From assembly GCA_009918005.1 (NCBI GenBank), contig RGDC01000003.1, forward strand, positions 1 to 41,541: a DNA stretch of 41,541 bases, in the 5' to 3' direction. Below, piece after piece: positions 19,199 through 27,537 of this stretch. The position numbers and the translations under genes are program-made. Position 1 is the first letter of the stretch; each line of letters begins with the position of its first letter. Below the pieces are notes generated by a model. That model made no database searches and was not told the DNA's origin. It worked only from the letters and a program-made list of their open reading frames with translations. The stretch is from Actinomycetota bacterium (lineage in GTDB: Bacteria > Actinomycetota > Actinomycetes > S36-B12 > UBA5976).

Positions 19199-19717
19199 TT
19201 AACCTCGAGAAACAGTAACGCTTTCGATTACTACATCATTAACTGGACGATCCATTTGTCCAGTTGGCACGTTTGCAATGGCATCGACAACATCGCGACC
19301 AGCTTGATCTGCAACTTCACCAAAGATGGTGTGTTTGAAGTTCAACCAGGTGGTGGCCGCAACTGTGATGAAGAATTGCGAGCCATTTGTATTTGGTCCA
19401 GCGTTTGCCATCGCAAGTAAGTAAGGGCGATCAAAAACTAATTCTGGGTGTGGTTCATCTTCAAATTTGAATCCTGGGCCGCCAGTTCCTTGACCAAGTG
19501 GATCGCCAGCCTGAATCATGAAGCCTGGGATGATGCGATGGAAAATAGTTCCGTCATAAATTGGGGCAGTAGATTTTTCGCCAGTTGCCGGATGGGTCCA
19601 TTCGACTGAACCATCGGCTAAGCCCAGGATGTTTTTCACAGTCTTTGGTGCGTGATTATCAAAAATGTTGATGTTGATATCACCGTGGTTTGTATGCAAA
19701 GTCATTGTTGAAGTCAT
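19199..19717 (-). CDS. ppiA: Cyclophilin-type peptidyl-prolyl cis-trans isomerase
   Basis: FHRIIPGFMIQAGDP, LAMANAGPNTNGSQFFIT, KHTIFG motifs. Leaderless start: TGC-GAGAAT, 6 nt, ATG. Confidence 0.95.
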   Translation of the reverse strand: MTSTMTLHTNHGDININIFDNHAPKTVKNILGLADGSVEWTHPATGEKSTAPIYDGTIFHRIIPGFMIQAGDPLGQGTGGPGFKFEDEPHPELVFDRPYLLAMANAGPNTNGSQFFITVAATTWLNFKHTIFGEVADQAGRDVVDAIANVPTGQMDRPVNDVVIESVTVSRG

Positions 19718-19760
19718 GACCTAATTCTCGCACACCTTTAGACATCCAGCGAATACAAAG

Positions 19761-19786
19761 CTTGATCGACAATCTTGATCAACAAT
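19761..19786. repeat. Tandem 13-bp direct repeat (12/13 identical)
   Basis: CTTGATCGACAAT followed directly by CTTGATCAACAAT, upstream of the ppiA promoter. Confidence 0.7.
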
Positions 19787-19806
19787 AGAAATAGAGATAT
19801 TCATGG

Positions 19807-19846
19807 CAAAAAGAATGCCCACGATTTCTCGTGGGCATTCTTTTTG
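19807..19846 (-). terminator. Rho-independent terminator of the rpsF-ssb-rpsR-rplI operon (symmetrical)
   Basis: Perfect 18-bp inverted repeat CAAAAAGAATGCCCACGA-TTTC-TCGTGGGCATTCTTTTTG. GAAA tetraloop and U-tract on the minus strand, just after the rplI stop. Confidence 0.92.
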
Positions 19847-19854
19847 TAGATTTG

Positions 19855-20298
19855 TTACTTCTTGCTACCTCGGACATCGAGCACAACAGTTGCCAAAACA
19901 TCTGCATGCAGGCGAACTGTTATTTCATGACGACCTGACGTTTTGATTGGAGCGGCAAGAACAATCTTGCGCTTATCAACGTCTACGACGCGGATGGCAG
20001 AAGCGATATCTCCAACAGTGATGGAGCCGAACAGGCGTCCTTCGCTGCCAGCACGAGCTGAAATCACGATTGGAGCGGCTTCAAGAGCTGCTTTGATTTC
20101 CAATGCATGATCTAGATCGCGCACTGAACGCTTATTACGGGCGCGCTTAATCTGGGTAACTTGCTTTTCGCCGCCACGAGTCCATGCTGTTGCGAGACCC
20201 TGAGGGACTAAGAAGTTGCGTCCAAATCCTGGCTTTACATCCACAACATCGCCTGCACTACCAAGGCCGGTGACTTCTTGAGTCAAAATTAGTTTCAT
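19855..20298 (-). CDS. rplI: 50S ribosomal protein L9
   Basis: [27 protein letters not shown] and GRLFGSIT motifs. Confidence 0.97.
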   Translation of the reverse strand: MKLILTQEVTGLGSAGDVVDVKPGFGRNFLVPQGLATAWTRGGEKQVTQIKRARNKRSVRDLDHALEIKAALEAAPIVISARAGSEGRLFGSITVGDIASAIRVVDVDKRKIVLAAPIKTSGRHEITVRLHADVLATVVLDVRGSKK

Positions 20299-20311
20299 AA
20301 GTCATCTCTCC

Positions 20312-20548
20312 TTATCGCGCTGTTGATGTGTATGGAAGTAATGCGATCTCGCGGGCATTCTTTACTGCGTTTGCAATATCGCGCTGGTGCTGAGTGCAGT
20401 TACCTGTTACTCGACGAGCGCGAATCTTGCCGCGATCAGAAATGAACTTGCGCAAGGTTGGAATGTCTTTGTAGTCAATTGCTGCAGCGTTTTTGCCGCA
20501 GAATGCACAAACCTTTGGCTTGAATTTCTTAATTGGTGGCTTAGCCAT
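20312..20548 (-). CDS. rpsR: 30S ribosomal protein S18 (zinc-binding C+ form)
   Basis: [37 protein letters not shown] motifs. Confidence 0.97.
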   Translation of the reverse strand: MAKPPIKKFKPKVCAFCGKNAAAIDYKDIPTLRKFISDRGKIRARRVTGNCTQHQRDIANAVKNAREIALLPYTSTAR

Positions 20549-20623
20549 TGTGGTGCTCCTCTGGAAGCCCGGTTCTATCCGGAATGGTTGTTCAACAAAT
20601 GTTGAGGTGGATGGGATCGTTCG

Positions 20624-21082
20624 TTAGAACGGAGGTTCGTCTCCTGCAGGCGCTGGTGCGGCCCAAGGATCTTCAGATGGTGCTGCTGATCCGCCGTTGT
20701 ATCCGCTGTCGGTACGTGCAACCCGACTAACTTTTGCAGTGGCGTTACGTAGCGCTGGACCGACGTCATCGACATCCATTTCAACTACGGTGCGCTTTTC
20801 GCCTTCCTTAGTTTCGTATGAACGTTGCTTCAAGCGGCCGGTAACTAGAACGCGAGTTCCCTTTGTTAAGGATTCCGCTACATTCTCGGCATATTGACGC
20901 CAGACGCTGCAACGCAAGAAAAGCGTGTCACCGTCTTTCCATTCGTTGGTCGCTTTGTCGAGCATTCGAGTTGTTGAAGCAACTGTAAATGATGCGACAG
21001 CCTGGCCGTTTGGAGTAAAGCGCAGTTCTGGGTCACCGGTTAGGTTTCCAATAACTGTTACTACTACATCGCCTTGTGCCAT
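20624..21082 (-). CDS. ssb: Single-stranded DNA-binding protein
   Basis: [23 protein letters not shown] motifs; acidic DEPPF C-terminal tip. Confidence 0.97.
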   Translation of the reverse strand: MAQGDVVVTVIGNLTGDPELRFTPNGQAVASFTVASTTRMLDKATNEWKDGDTLFLRCSVWRQYAENVAESLTKGTRVLVTGRLKQRSYETKEGEKRTVVEMDVDDVGPALRNATAKVSRVARTDSGYNGGSAAPSEDPWAAPAPAGDEPPF

Positions 21083-21091
21083 GACAGACCT

Positions 21092-21382
21092 CTACTTCAC
21101 GTCGAGACGCATGACTTTAGTGCGAAGCACTGATTCATTTAGTCCCAACTGACGATCGAGTTCAGCAACTGCTGCTGGTGAGCAATTGATGTCTAGTAGG
21201 GCGTAGATTGCTTCACCCTTTTTATTGATTTCGTAAGCCAAACGGCGACGACCCCAGATATCGACTTTGCCAACTGTGCCGCCGTCGGTCTTGACTACGT
21301 TAAGAAACGCATCAAGTGATGGTGCAACTGTTCGCTCTTCGAGCTCGGGATCGAGAATTACTACAACTTCGTAGTGACGCAT
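21092..21382 (-). CDS. rpsF: 30S ribosomal protein S6
   Basis: [28 protein letters not shown] motifs. True start ATG 21382 after SD AGGAGG. Confidence 0.97.
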   Translation of the reverse strand: MRHYEVVVILDPELEERTVAPSLDAFLNVVKTDGGTVGKVDIWGRRRLAYEINKKGEAIYALLDINCSPAAVAELDRQLGLNESVLRTKVMRLDVK

Positions 21383-21444
21383 ACTGATACCCACCTCCTG
21401 TGGACTAATCGGCCACGGTCTTTCCGTGGCAGGAGGGATCAAGA
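21383..21444 (-). ncRNA. S6:S18 ribosomal protein leader (autoregulatory 5' UTR)
   Basis: Minus strand CCCUCCUGCCACGG-AAAGA-CCGUGGCCG...CAGGAGG: a hairpin followed by CCG, with anti-SD CCUCCUG able to pair with the SD. -10 TAGACT at 21451-21456. Matches the known S6:S18 leader architecture. Confidence 0.8.
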
Positions 21445-21482
21445 ACCTTTAGTCTAGAGCATTTTTTCTAGGGCGAAAAACC

Positions 21483-21491
21483 TTATGCACA
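21483..21491. promoter_or_regulatory. Single DnaA box (TTATGCACA)
   Basis: Fits TTWTNCACA; lies in the divergent rpsF/nfo promoter region. Confidence 0.4.
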
Positions 21492-21565
21492 GCACTTACT
21501 TGGCTCAAACTTAGTTTTGAACGGGCGGAAAACATCGGATCAATCCGCCCAAGTACCCTTAATTC

Positions 21566-22351
21566 ATGGGAAATTTCGCAATTGGGTCACATGTTGGTGG
21601 CGATGATCCAATCACCCAGGCCAAGGAGTTGGGGTTAGATCACATCCAGATCTTCCTGGCTGACCCACAAGGCTGGAAAGGCTCAGTTTTCCCGCACCCG
21701 GACGGTGCAGAAGGACTTAAAGCTAGCTCCGAGGCAGCAAACATTGGAATTTACGTGCATGCCAGATACATAATCAACGTCGCTACTACTAATAACAAAG
21801 TAAGAATCCCAAGTCGCAAACTGCTCCAAACCGATGTCGACGCAGCTGCATCCGTTGGCGCGAAGGCGGTAATTGTTCATGGTGGACACGTAACAGATAA
21901 CGACGACCCGCAAGCTGGAATTGATAACTGGGTTAAAGCGTTGACGCAACTGGATATGAAAGTTCCCGTACTTATTGAAAACACTGCAGGTGGGAAAAAC
22001 TCAATGGCTCGCAGGCTGGAATCCATTAAGGCGCTTTGGGGAGCAGTCGGTGATACCGGTGTTGGATTTTGTTTGGATACTTGTCACGCACATGCTGGCG
22101 GTATCGATATGGCAGAACTTGCAGACACAATTCTTGGGATCACTGGTCGGATTGATCTGATTCACTGCAATGACAGTCGAGACTCATTTGATTCGGGTGC
22201 AGATCGACACGCAAATCTCGGCGCTGGTTCAATTGGTATGGACAACATAATCAATTGTTTAAGAACTGCAAATGCCCCAGTTGTTTTAGAAACTCCATTT
22301 GAAGGTGTAGTAGCAGACTTACAAATTTTGCGCCAGTCGCTGAAAATCTAA
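21566..22351 (+). CDS. nfo: Endonuclease IV (AP endonuclease family 2)
   Basis: QIF, VHARY, VHGGH, ENTAG, DTCHAH, HCNDS, DRH, ETP zinc-site motifs. Leaderless start: TACCCT, 6 nt, ATG. Confidence 0.92.
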   Translation: MGNFAIGSHVGGDDPITQAKELGLDHIQIFLADPQGWKGSVFPHPDGAEGLKASSEAANIGIYVHARYIINVATTNNKVRIPSRKLLQTDVDAAASVGAKAVIVHGGHVTDNDDPQAGIDNWVKALTQLDMKVPVLIENTAGGKNSMARRLESIKALWGAVGDTGVGFCLDTCHAHAGGIDMAELADTILGITGRIDLIHCNDSRDSFDSGADRHANLGAGSIGMDNIINCLRTANAPVVLETPFEGVVADLQILRQSLKI

Positions 22352-22390
22352 ATCCCGTTAGACACCCATAACTCTAGGTAGATTGAGTAC

Positions 22391-23512
22391 GTGCAGGTTC
22401 GCCAAATAAGTTCAGAGAAGCACCTGTCTTACATTGCAGGTCGCTCATCAGTGTCGTTTTTGCAAACACCTGCCTGGGGTAAAACTAAAGCTGGTTGGAC
22501 TTCGCAGTCTCTGGGTTGGTTTGTTGGTGACGAACTTGTTGGCGCTGGATTAATTCTGTTGCGAAAAGTTCCAAGAGTGGAAAAGTATCTCGCTTACCTA
22601 CCCGAAGGACCTGATTTAAATTGGGAAAACAGTAACGATGTTGAAGGCGCCTTGAATGCCTTAATAGTTTTTGCCAAAGAGCGCGGAGTATTTCAAATCA
22701 AAATGGGTCCACATACCTGGGTTAGACGTTGGTATGCAGAAACCTTGAAGTCCGCAATTGCCGCAGAATCTGCCAAAGTAATCAGTGAAGTTGCACCGGA
22801 TGAAGTGAATCAATCAGGCATTGCATTACTTAGCCAGTTAAAAACTATGGGCTGGAAGCAACGTAAAGCAGAAGCGTCTGGATTTGGTGACTACCAACCA
22901 AGATATGTTTTTCAAATTGATCTTGCTGGAAAAACTGAAGAGCAAATTTTTGAGGGATTTAACCAACAGTGGAGACGGAATATTCGCAAAGCTGAAAAGG
23001 AAGGTGTCACAGTTCGCCAAGGCACCCTTTCAGATTTAGAAATGTTTCACACTTGCTATGTAGAGACTGCTAAGCGTGATCACTTTACGCCTCGCTCGCT
23101 TTCGTATTTCCAAACTATGTGGACTGCAATGCGCGAGGAAGCAATTGAGCGAATTGCGTTAATCATTGCGTCACACCCCGATCATGAAGGTGCTATTGCA
23201 GCTACGACGATGACACGAGTGGGGAATCATTCGTGGTATTCATACGGCGCATCAACTACTGCTGCTCGGGACTTGCGTCCTAGTAACGCGGTGCAATGGG
23301 AAATGATCAAGATTGCACTAAACGAAGGTGCTTACGTCTATGACATGCGTGGCATTTCTGACACGCTGGATTCCACCAATCATTTGTTCGGATTAATTCA
23401 ATTCAAGCTTGGAACTGGCGGTTACGCGCAAGAATATGTGGGTGAATGGGATTATGTACTTTCGCCAATTTGGGCCAGAGCCTTTGATGTCTACATGTCG
23501 CGGCGGCGATAG
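22391..23512 (+). CDS. femX: FemABX family lipid II:aminoacyl-tRNA transferase (FemX-like)
   Basis: SFLQTPAWG, QPRY, WRRNIRKAEK.GV, WYSYGAS, YDMRG, GLIQFKLG.GG...EYVGEWD motifs. Leaderless start: TAGATT, 6 nt, GTG. Confidence 0.9.
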   Translation: MQVRQISSEKHLSYIAGRSSVSFLQTPAWGKTKAGWTSQSLGWFVGDELVGAGLILLRKVPRVEKYLAYLPEGPDLNWENSNDVEGALNALIVFAKERGVFQIKMGPHTWVRRWYAETLKSAIAAESAKVISEVAPDEVNQSGIALLSQLKTMGWKQRKAEASGFGDYQPRYVFQIDLAGKTEEQIFEGFNQQWRRNIRKAEKEGVTVRQGTLSDLEMFHTCYVETAKRDHFTPRSLSYFQTMWTAMREEAIERIALIIASHPDHEGAIAATTMTRVGNHSWYSYGASTTAARDLRPSNAVQWEMIKIALNEGAYVYDMRGISDTLDSTNHLFGLIQFKLGTGGYAQEYVGEWDYVLSPIWARAFDVYMSRRR

Positions 23513-23515
23513 CTG

Positions 23516-24658
23516 ATGACATTCTCGCTGAAAGTTGATGCCGAAAAATTCCGCAGCCATCTGGTTTCCGTAATGAACGGTTATGCGTCGGCTGGTGCCG
23601 AACTAGTCCCAGTAATTAAAGGAAACGGCTACGGTTTTGGCCGCGATCGCTTAGCAGCAGAAGCATCTCGACTTGGATGTAATCGAATTGCGATTGGCAC
23701 AGTTTGGGAACTCGAACAGTCACTGGCAGATTTTGCAGGTGAGATTTTGGTTCTAGAGCCATTTAACTCCAGTGACAAATCTGCAGTTAATCAATGGCGG
23801 AAACATTTAGAACATAACTCTGAGCGAATCATTGTCACGGCAAGTGACTTGGACTTAGCTTCTGTTAGATCTGCTGGAGCCAAGAACATCTACTTGGAAG
23901 GCAAGACTTCACTTTCCCGATTTGGTCTGTTGCATTTTGACATGCAGTCTATTCCCAACTTCAATGACTTGAAAGTTATGGGCCTTTCACTTCACTTACC
24001 AATCGCTCAACCCGCTATAAAGGTTGATCCAACTACTGAAATCTCTTCCGCTTTCAACGGAGCCAATCTTTCACAAAGTATGACTGAAGTTTGGAACTGG
24101 ATTGTTTTATACGAAGAGCTATCCAGTAAATTCTCGCTACCAAAGTGCATAAGCATCTCTCATATTTCGGAGAAACAGATTCAGGCACTTAAAAACATGC
24201 TGCAAAGCTATAACTTTGATTTAGAAATTGAAGTGCGCATTGGAACTAAGTTGTGGCTCGGTGAGCCAAATGCCTTACAGGCAACCGGAACGGTTCTACA
24301 GATTCATGAAGTTGAGCATCGCCAGACTGTTGGATATCAACAAACTGACACCGGTAATAACAAACGCTTGCTTGTTGTTAGTGGTGGCACAGCGCACGGA
24401 GTGGCAATGGCTGCGCCAAGTAATGCGAGTTCGCTCCGTAAAAGGGGTATTGCAATTGCCGAAGGAATCTCCCAGGCCATTGGAAAAGTACGTTCGCCGT
24501 TTAGTTATCACGGTAAGAATCTTGATTTTGTAGAACCACCGCACATGCATGTCTCAATGCTTTGGAGTGATGACCCAACGCTTTGCGTCGGTGCCACTTT
24601 AGATTGCAATGTTAGAAACACTACGACCAGCTTCGATTGTGTAACTGGGCTCGACTAA
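23516..24658 (+). CDS. Alanine racemase-fold (type III PLP) enzyme, atypical; substrate uncertain
   Basis: PVIKGNGYGFG PLP-lysine motif, SRFG, LHLP, VRIGT.LW, VGY. The C-terminal motifs differ from canonical Alr. Starts 3 nt after femX. Confidence 0.8.
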   Translation: MTFSLKVDAEKFRSHLVSVMNGYASAGAELVPVIKGNGYGFGRDRLAAEASRLGCNRIAIGTVWELEQSLADFAGEILVLEPFNSSDKSAVNQWRKHLEHNSERIIVTASDLDLASVRSAGAKNIYLEGKTSLSRFGLLHFDMQSIPNFNDLKVMGLSLHLPIAQPAIKVDPTTEISSAFNGANLSQSMTEVWNWIVLYEELSSKFSLPKCISISHISEKQIQALKNMLQSYNFDLEIEVRIGTKLWLGEPNALQATGTVLQIHEVEHRQTVGYQQTDTGNNKRLLVVSGGTAHGVAMAAPSNASSLRKRGIAIAEGISQAIGKVRSPFSYHGKNLDFVEPPHMHVSMLWSDDPTLCVGATLDCNVRNTTTSFDCVTGLD

Positions 24659-24665
24659 ATCCCAA

Positions 24666-26831
24666 TCAAGGTGTGGCGTTTACGACCTTCAAGGTGACAT
24701 TCGTTCCCGGTAATGTCAATGTTCCAACTGCAACTGATTGCTCCAGAACAAACAGTGGCAATGTTGCATTCGAACCTTGTTGTAACTCCAGAATTGGATT
24801 TAGCCCTAACTCTTGCAGAATTGAAATTGCCTGATCAGATGGCACTCCCATTAAGTTAGGGATGCTGACTGGCGCATTGGGATCAACTGGTGCAAGTGAT
24901 GGGGCAGCCGATGGTGATGGGCTTTCTGTTGGATTTGCTCCGTTTGGTTGTCCTTTAGGAAGGTCAGGGAATTTTTGAATCGGCACACCTTCGAGAGCAC
25001 CCTTCATGTAGGCAGTAAAAATCCGAGCTGGGTAGGAACCACCAGTAACGGATGACATGCCACCTGTTCCCGAAAGCGAAACCGGTTGGCCATCTGGTCC
25101 GTCCTTAACGAACATCACCGCAGTTGCCAGCTCAGGAGTGTAACCTGCGAAAAGAGCAGACTTATTGTCATTAGTTGTTCCAGTTTTGCCTGCAACTGGC
25201 CTACCTAATGCTCTGGCTGCTGTACCAGTTCCAACCTGGACTACCTTTTGAAGCGCATACGTAACAATGTCGGCCACATCAGTACTGAAAGCCTGCACTG
25301 GTTTTGGACTCAATTTGAAAAGAGTTTCACCCGACCCTGTGGTAATCGACTTTATGTAAGAGGGCGAAACCTGCAGACCACGAGACGCAAACGTTGCATA
25401 TGCAGCAGCGATGTCCACGACATGTGGACTAGCAGTTCCGAGGGTGAATGCAAGGTTTGGTTCCATTCCCACAGCATCAGCAGGAATGCCAGCTCGAATC
25501 GCAGACTTAAGGACAACTTCACGTCCCACAGATTCGGCTAATTCAACGAATGCTGAGTTGATGGAATTTTCAGTTGCTTTAAGTAAAGTAACTCGATCAC
25601 CATACGAATGGCCACCGTAATTTACAACGACGTAATTATCGACCTTAGTTTTATTCTTTCCACTAAACGCCGTGGAAAGTGATGCTCCGCTTTCTATTCC
25701 GGCAGCTAATGTGAAGGGTTTAAAGGTGGAACCAGCTTGACCAATCATCTGCGTTGCATTGTTAAGTTGATTCTCTAGATAGTCAGCGCCGCCATACATG
25801 GCAACTACCTCGCCAGTCTCTGGACGTACCGAAGCCACTCCAATTCTCAGACCGTCAATTTTTTCTTTTGGACCTTGTTCCGCCACGGCGAGGATCATTG
25901 CATCCTGTGCTTGTTTGTTAAAAGTGGTAACTACTCGAAGTCCACCTAAATTGATTTGGTCTTCAGTTACACCACTTGCATACATGGTCTGTCTAGCCTG
26001 TTCAATAAGGTATCCCTGCGGACCGGAAAAAGTTTGCGCTGGTGGTTCAGTGAGATACATAGGAAACATTGCAGAAGAACGTTCCTCTTGACTTAACCAG
26101 CCTTTTGTAACCATTCCATCCAAGACATAGTTCCATCTCAGTTGCAAGCCATCAAGATTCTTTTCTGGTGCCAGACCACTTGGTGCCTGAACGATTGCAG
26201 CAAGAAAAGCTGACTCCGAATAATTTAAATCTTTTGCGCTCTTGCCAAAATATGACGTTGCTGCACTTTCAATTCCATATGCATGTCTACCGAAATAAAT
26301 GGTGTTCATGTAGTCAGCAAGGATTTGATCTTTGCTAATCAATGTCTCAAGTTTGATGGAAAGCACTAATTCCTTCGCTTTACGCGTAACTGTGCGTTCT
26401 TGTGTTAAGAATGCATTCTTTGCATATTGCTGAGTGATCGTGGATCCACCACCTGCTCCTGCTGCACCCATCAGGTTTGTATAAATTGCGCGAGAAATTC
26501 CGCGGATAGAAAAGCCGCCATGACTATAAAACTCGCGATCTTCGGCAGCTAGCATTGCATGTTGGGTGACAACTGGGATCTGCGTAAAATCCACCGATAC
26601 TCGGTTAGCATCACCCAATCGAGCCAGCTCTGTAACGCCATCGTCGTAGTACAAAATTGTGGTTTGCGCAGTTGCAATTTCACTGGCTTGTGGAATGGCT
26701 ACAACTTTGACCGCAATGGCAATCGCAAGCAATCCTGCGGCAATTCCAAATCCGGCAAGCAGAACTAATTGCTTTAAAGAAGGAATGAAGCGCATAATGC
26801 CACGCTTGTTTTTGCGGGGATAGTTGACCAT
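24666..26831 (-). CDS. ponA: Class A (bifunctional) penicillin-binding protein with C-terminal PASTA domain
   Basis: AAEDREFYSH, GGSTITQQYAKN, YMNTIYFG glycosyltransferase motifs; STFK, SIN, KTG transpeptidase motifs; Pro/Ser linker then a PASTA-like repeat (IPNLMG...VTLKV). Confidence 0.94.
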   Translation of the reverse strand: MVNYPRKNKRGIMRFIPSLKQLVLLAGFGIAAGLLAIAIAVKVVAIPQASEIATAQTTILYYDDGVTELARLGDANRVSVDFTQIPVVTQHAMLAAEDREFYSHGGFSIRGISRAIYTNLMGAAGAGGGSTITQQYAKNAFLTQERTVTRKAKELVLSIKLETLISKDQILADYMNTIYFGRHAYGIESAATSYFGKSAKDLNYSESAFLAAIVQAPSGLAPEKNLDGLQLRWNYVLDGMVTKGWLSQEERSSAMFPMYLTEPPAQTFSGPQGYLIEQARQTMYASGVTEDQINLGGLRVVTTFNKQAQDAMILAVAEQGPKEKIDGLRIGVASVRPETGEVVAMYGGADYLENQLNNATQMIGQAGSTFKPFTLAAGIESGASLSTAFSGKNKTKVDNYVVVNYGGHSYGDRVTLLKATENSINSAFVELAESVGREVVLKSAIRAGIPADAVGMEPNLAFTLGTASPHVVDIAAAYATFASRGLQVSPSYIKSITTGSGETLFKLSPKPVQAFSTDVADIVTYALQKVVQVGTGTAARALGRPVAGKTGTTNDNKSALFAGYTPELATAVMFVKDGPDGQPVSLSGTGGMSSVTGGSYPARIFTAYMKGALEGVPIQKFPDLPKGQPNGANPTESPSPSAAPSLAPVDPNAPVSIPNLMGVPSDQAISILQELGLNPILELQQGSNATLPLFVLEQSVAVGTLTLPGTNVTLKVVNATP

Positions 26832-26835
26832 TCCT

Positions 26836-27345
26836 CTATTTCAACACATCTCGAGGCTCACGAGGTGGAGTGCGAGGCGCGCCATCGCCTAATACATACG
26901 ACATGTGGAGATGATTCCAGCCACATGACTTACAAACTTCGACAACATAGACCCGAAAATGTCCGAACTCATGCGCCAAAACCTTTAGTTCACTTGATGT
27001 TTTTACTCTTCCCGATAAGTATCCAAGATCATCGCCAAAGATATAGGTCACATGAACGAGTTCGCTCTTAGCGCACATTGGACACATTCGTTCAGTCTCT
27101 TCGCCATGATGTTTAGCTGCTCGCAATAGATATGGATCAGCATCACAAACTTGTTCTCGCAACAAGGCATCATGCTTGATTTGTTCTAGGACCGCCCGGC
27201 GAGCCAAAACGTAGTCCAAAACGTGGCGCGGGCGAACCGGATCTGCGACATCCTCCGCTGGGTATGGAATTGGACGAGGCGGTTCGGAACTAATGCCGCC
27301 CGCTCGAATACCCGTAATACTCTGATGCGATCCGGGCCTGCTCAC
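26836..27345 (-). CDS. DUF5318 family protein (Rv0049-like, Cys-rich)
   Basis: DY.LARRA.L, CDADPYLLRAAK.HGE, CPMC, VYVVEVC..C.WNHL; conserved position upstream of ponA. Leaderless start: TAAGGT, 6 nt, GTG. Confidence 0.88.
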   Translation of the reverse strand: MSRPGSHQSITGIRAGGISSEPPRPIPYPAEDVADPVRPRHVLDYVLARRAVLEQIKHDALLREQVCDADPYLLRAAKHHGEETERMCPMCAKSELVHVTYIFGDDLGYLSGRVKTSSELKVLAHEFGHFRVYVVEVCKSCGWNHLHMSYVLGDGAPRTPPREPRDVLK

Positions 27346-27478
27346 CTGACAACCTTAAGGGTGGTGGGACACACTAGCTGGAACTAGATCTAGCGAGAAA
27401 TCCAAATATCCCCGGTTTTAGTACAAAAATATTGGGTTCCTCGTAGGCACAATTTGCTTGAGCTGAGCTGCACTGTAT

Positions 27479-27511
27479 TATTTAGATGTATCGATTTGAT
27501 ACATCTAAATA
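27479..27511. promoter_or_regulatory. Perfect 14-5-14 palindrome, probable PadR-family operator
   Basis: TATTTAGATGTATC-gattt-GATACATCTAAATA, ending 26 nt before the padR start. AT-rich and not placed after a gene end, so an operator fits better than a terminator. Confidence 0.8.
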
Positions 27512-27537
27512 TCCTATTTTTAAGGGTTGGACTCGCC

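Noticed and set aside
19762-19782. FNR box (TTGAT-N4-ATCAA)
   Set aside because: The spacing does not fit; the half-sites are better explained by the 13-bp tandem repeat.
21383-21442. 20-aa N-terminal extension of S6 in the ORF track (similar extensions for fhaA, rodA, trpG, padR, cca, trxA)
   Set aside because: The extensions cover leader RNA, operators or upstream genes. SD or leaderless signals and family N-termini point to the downstream starts used above.
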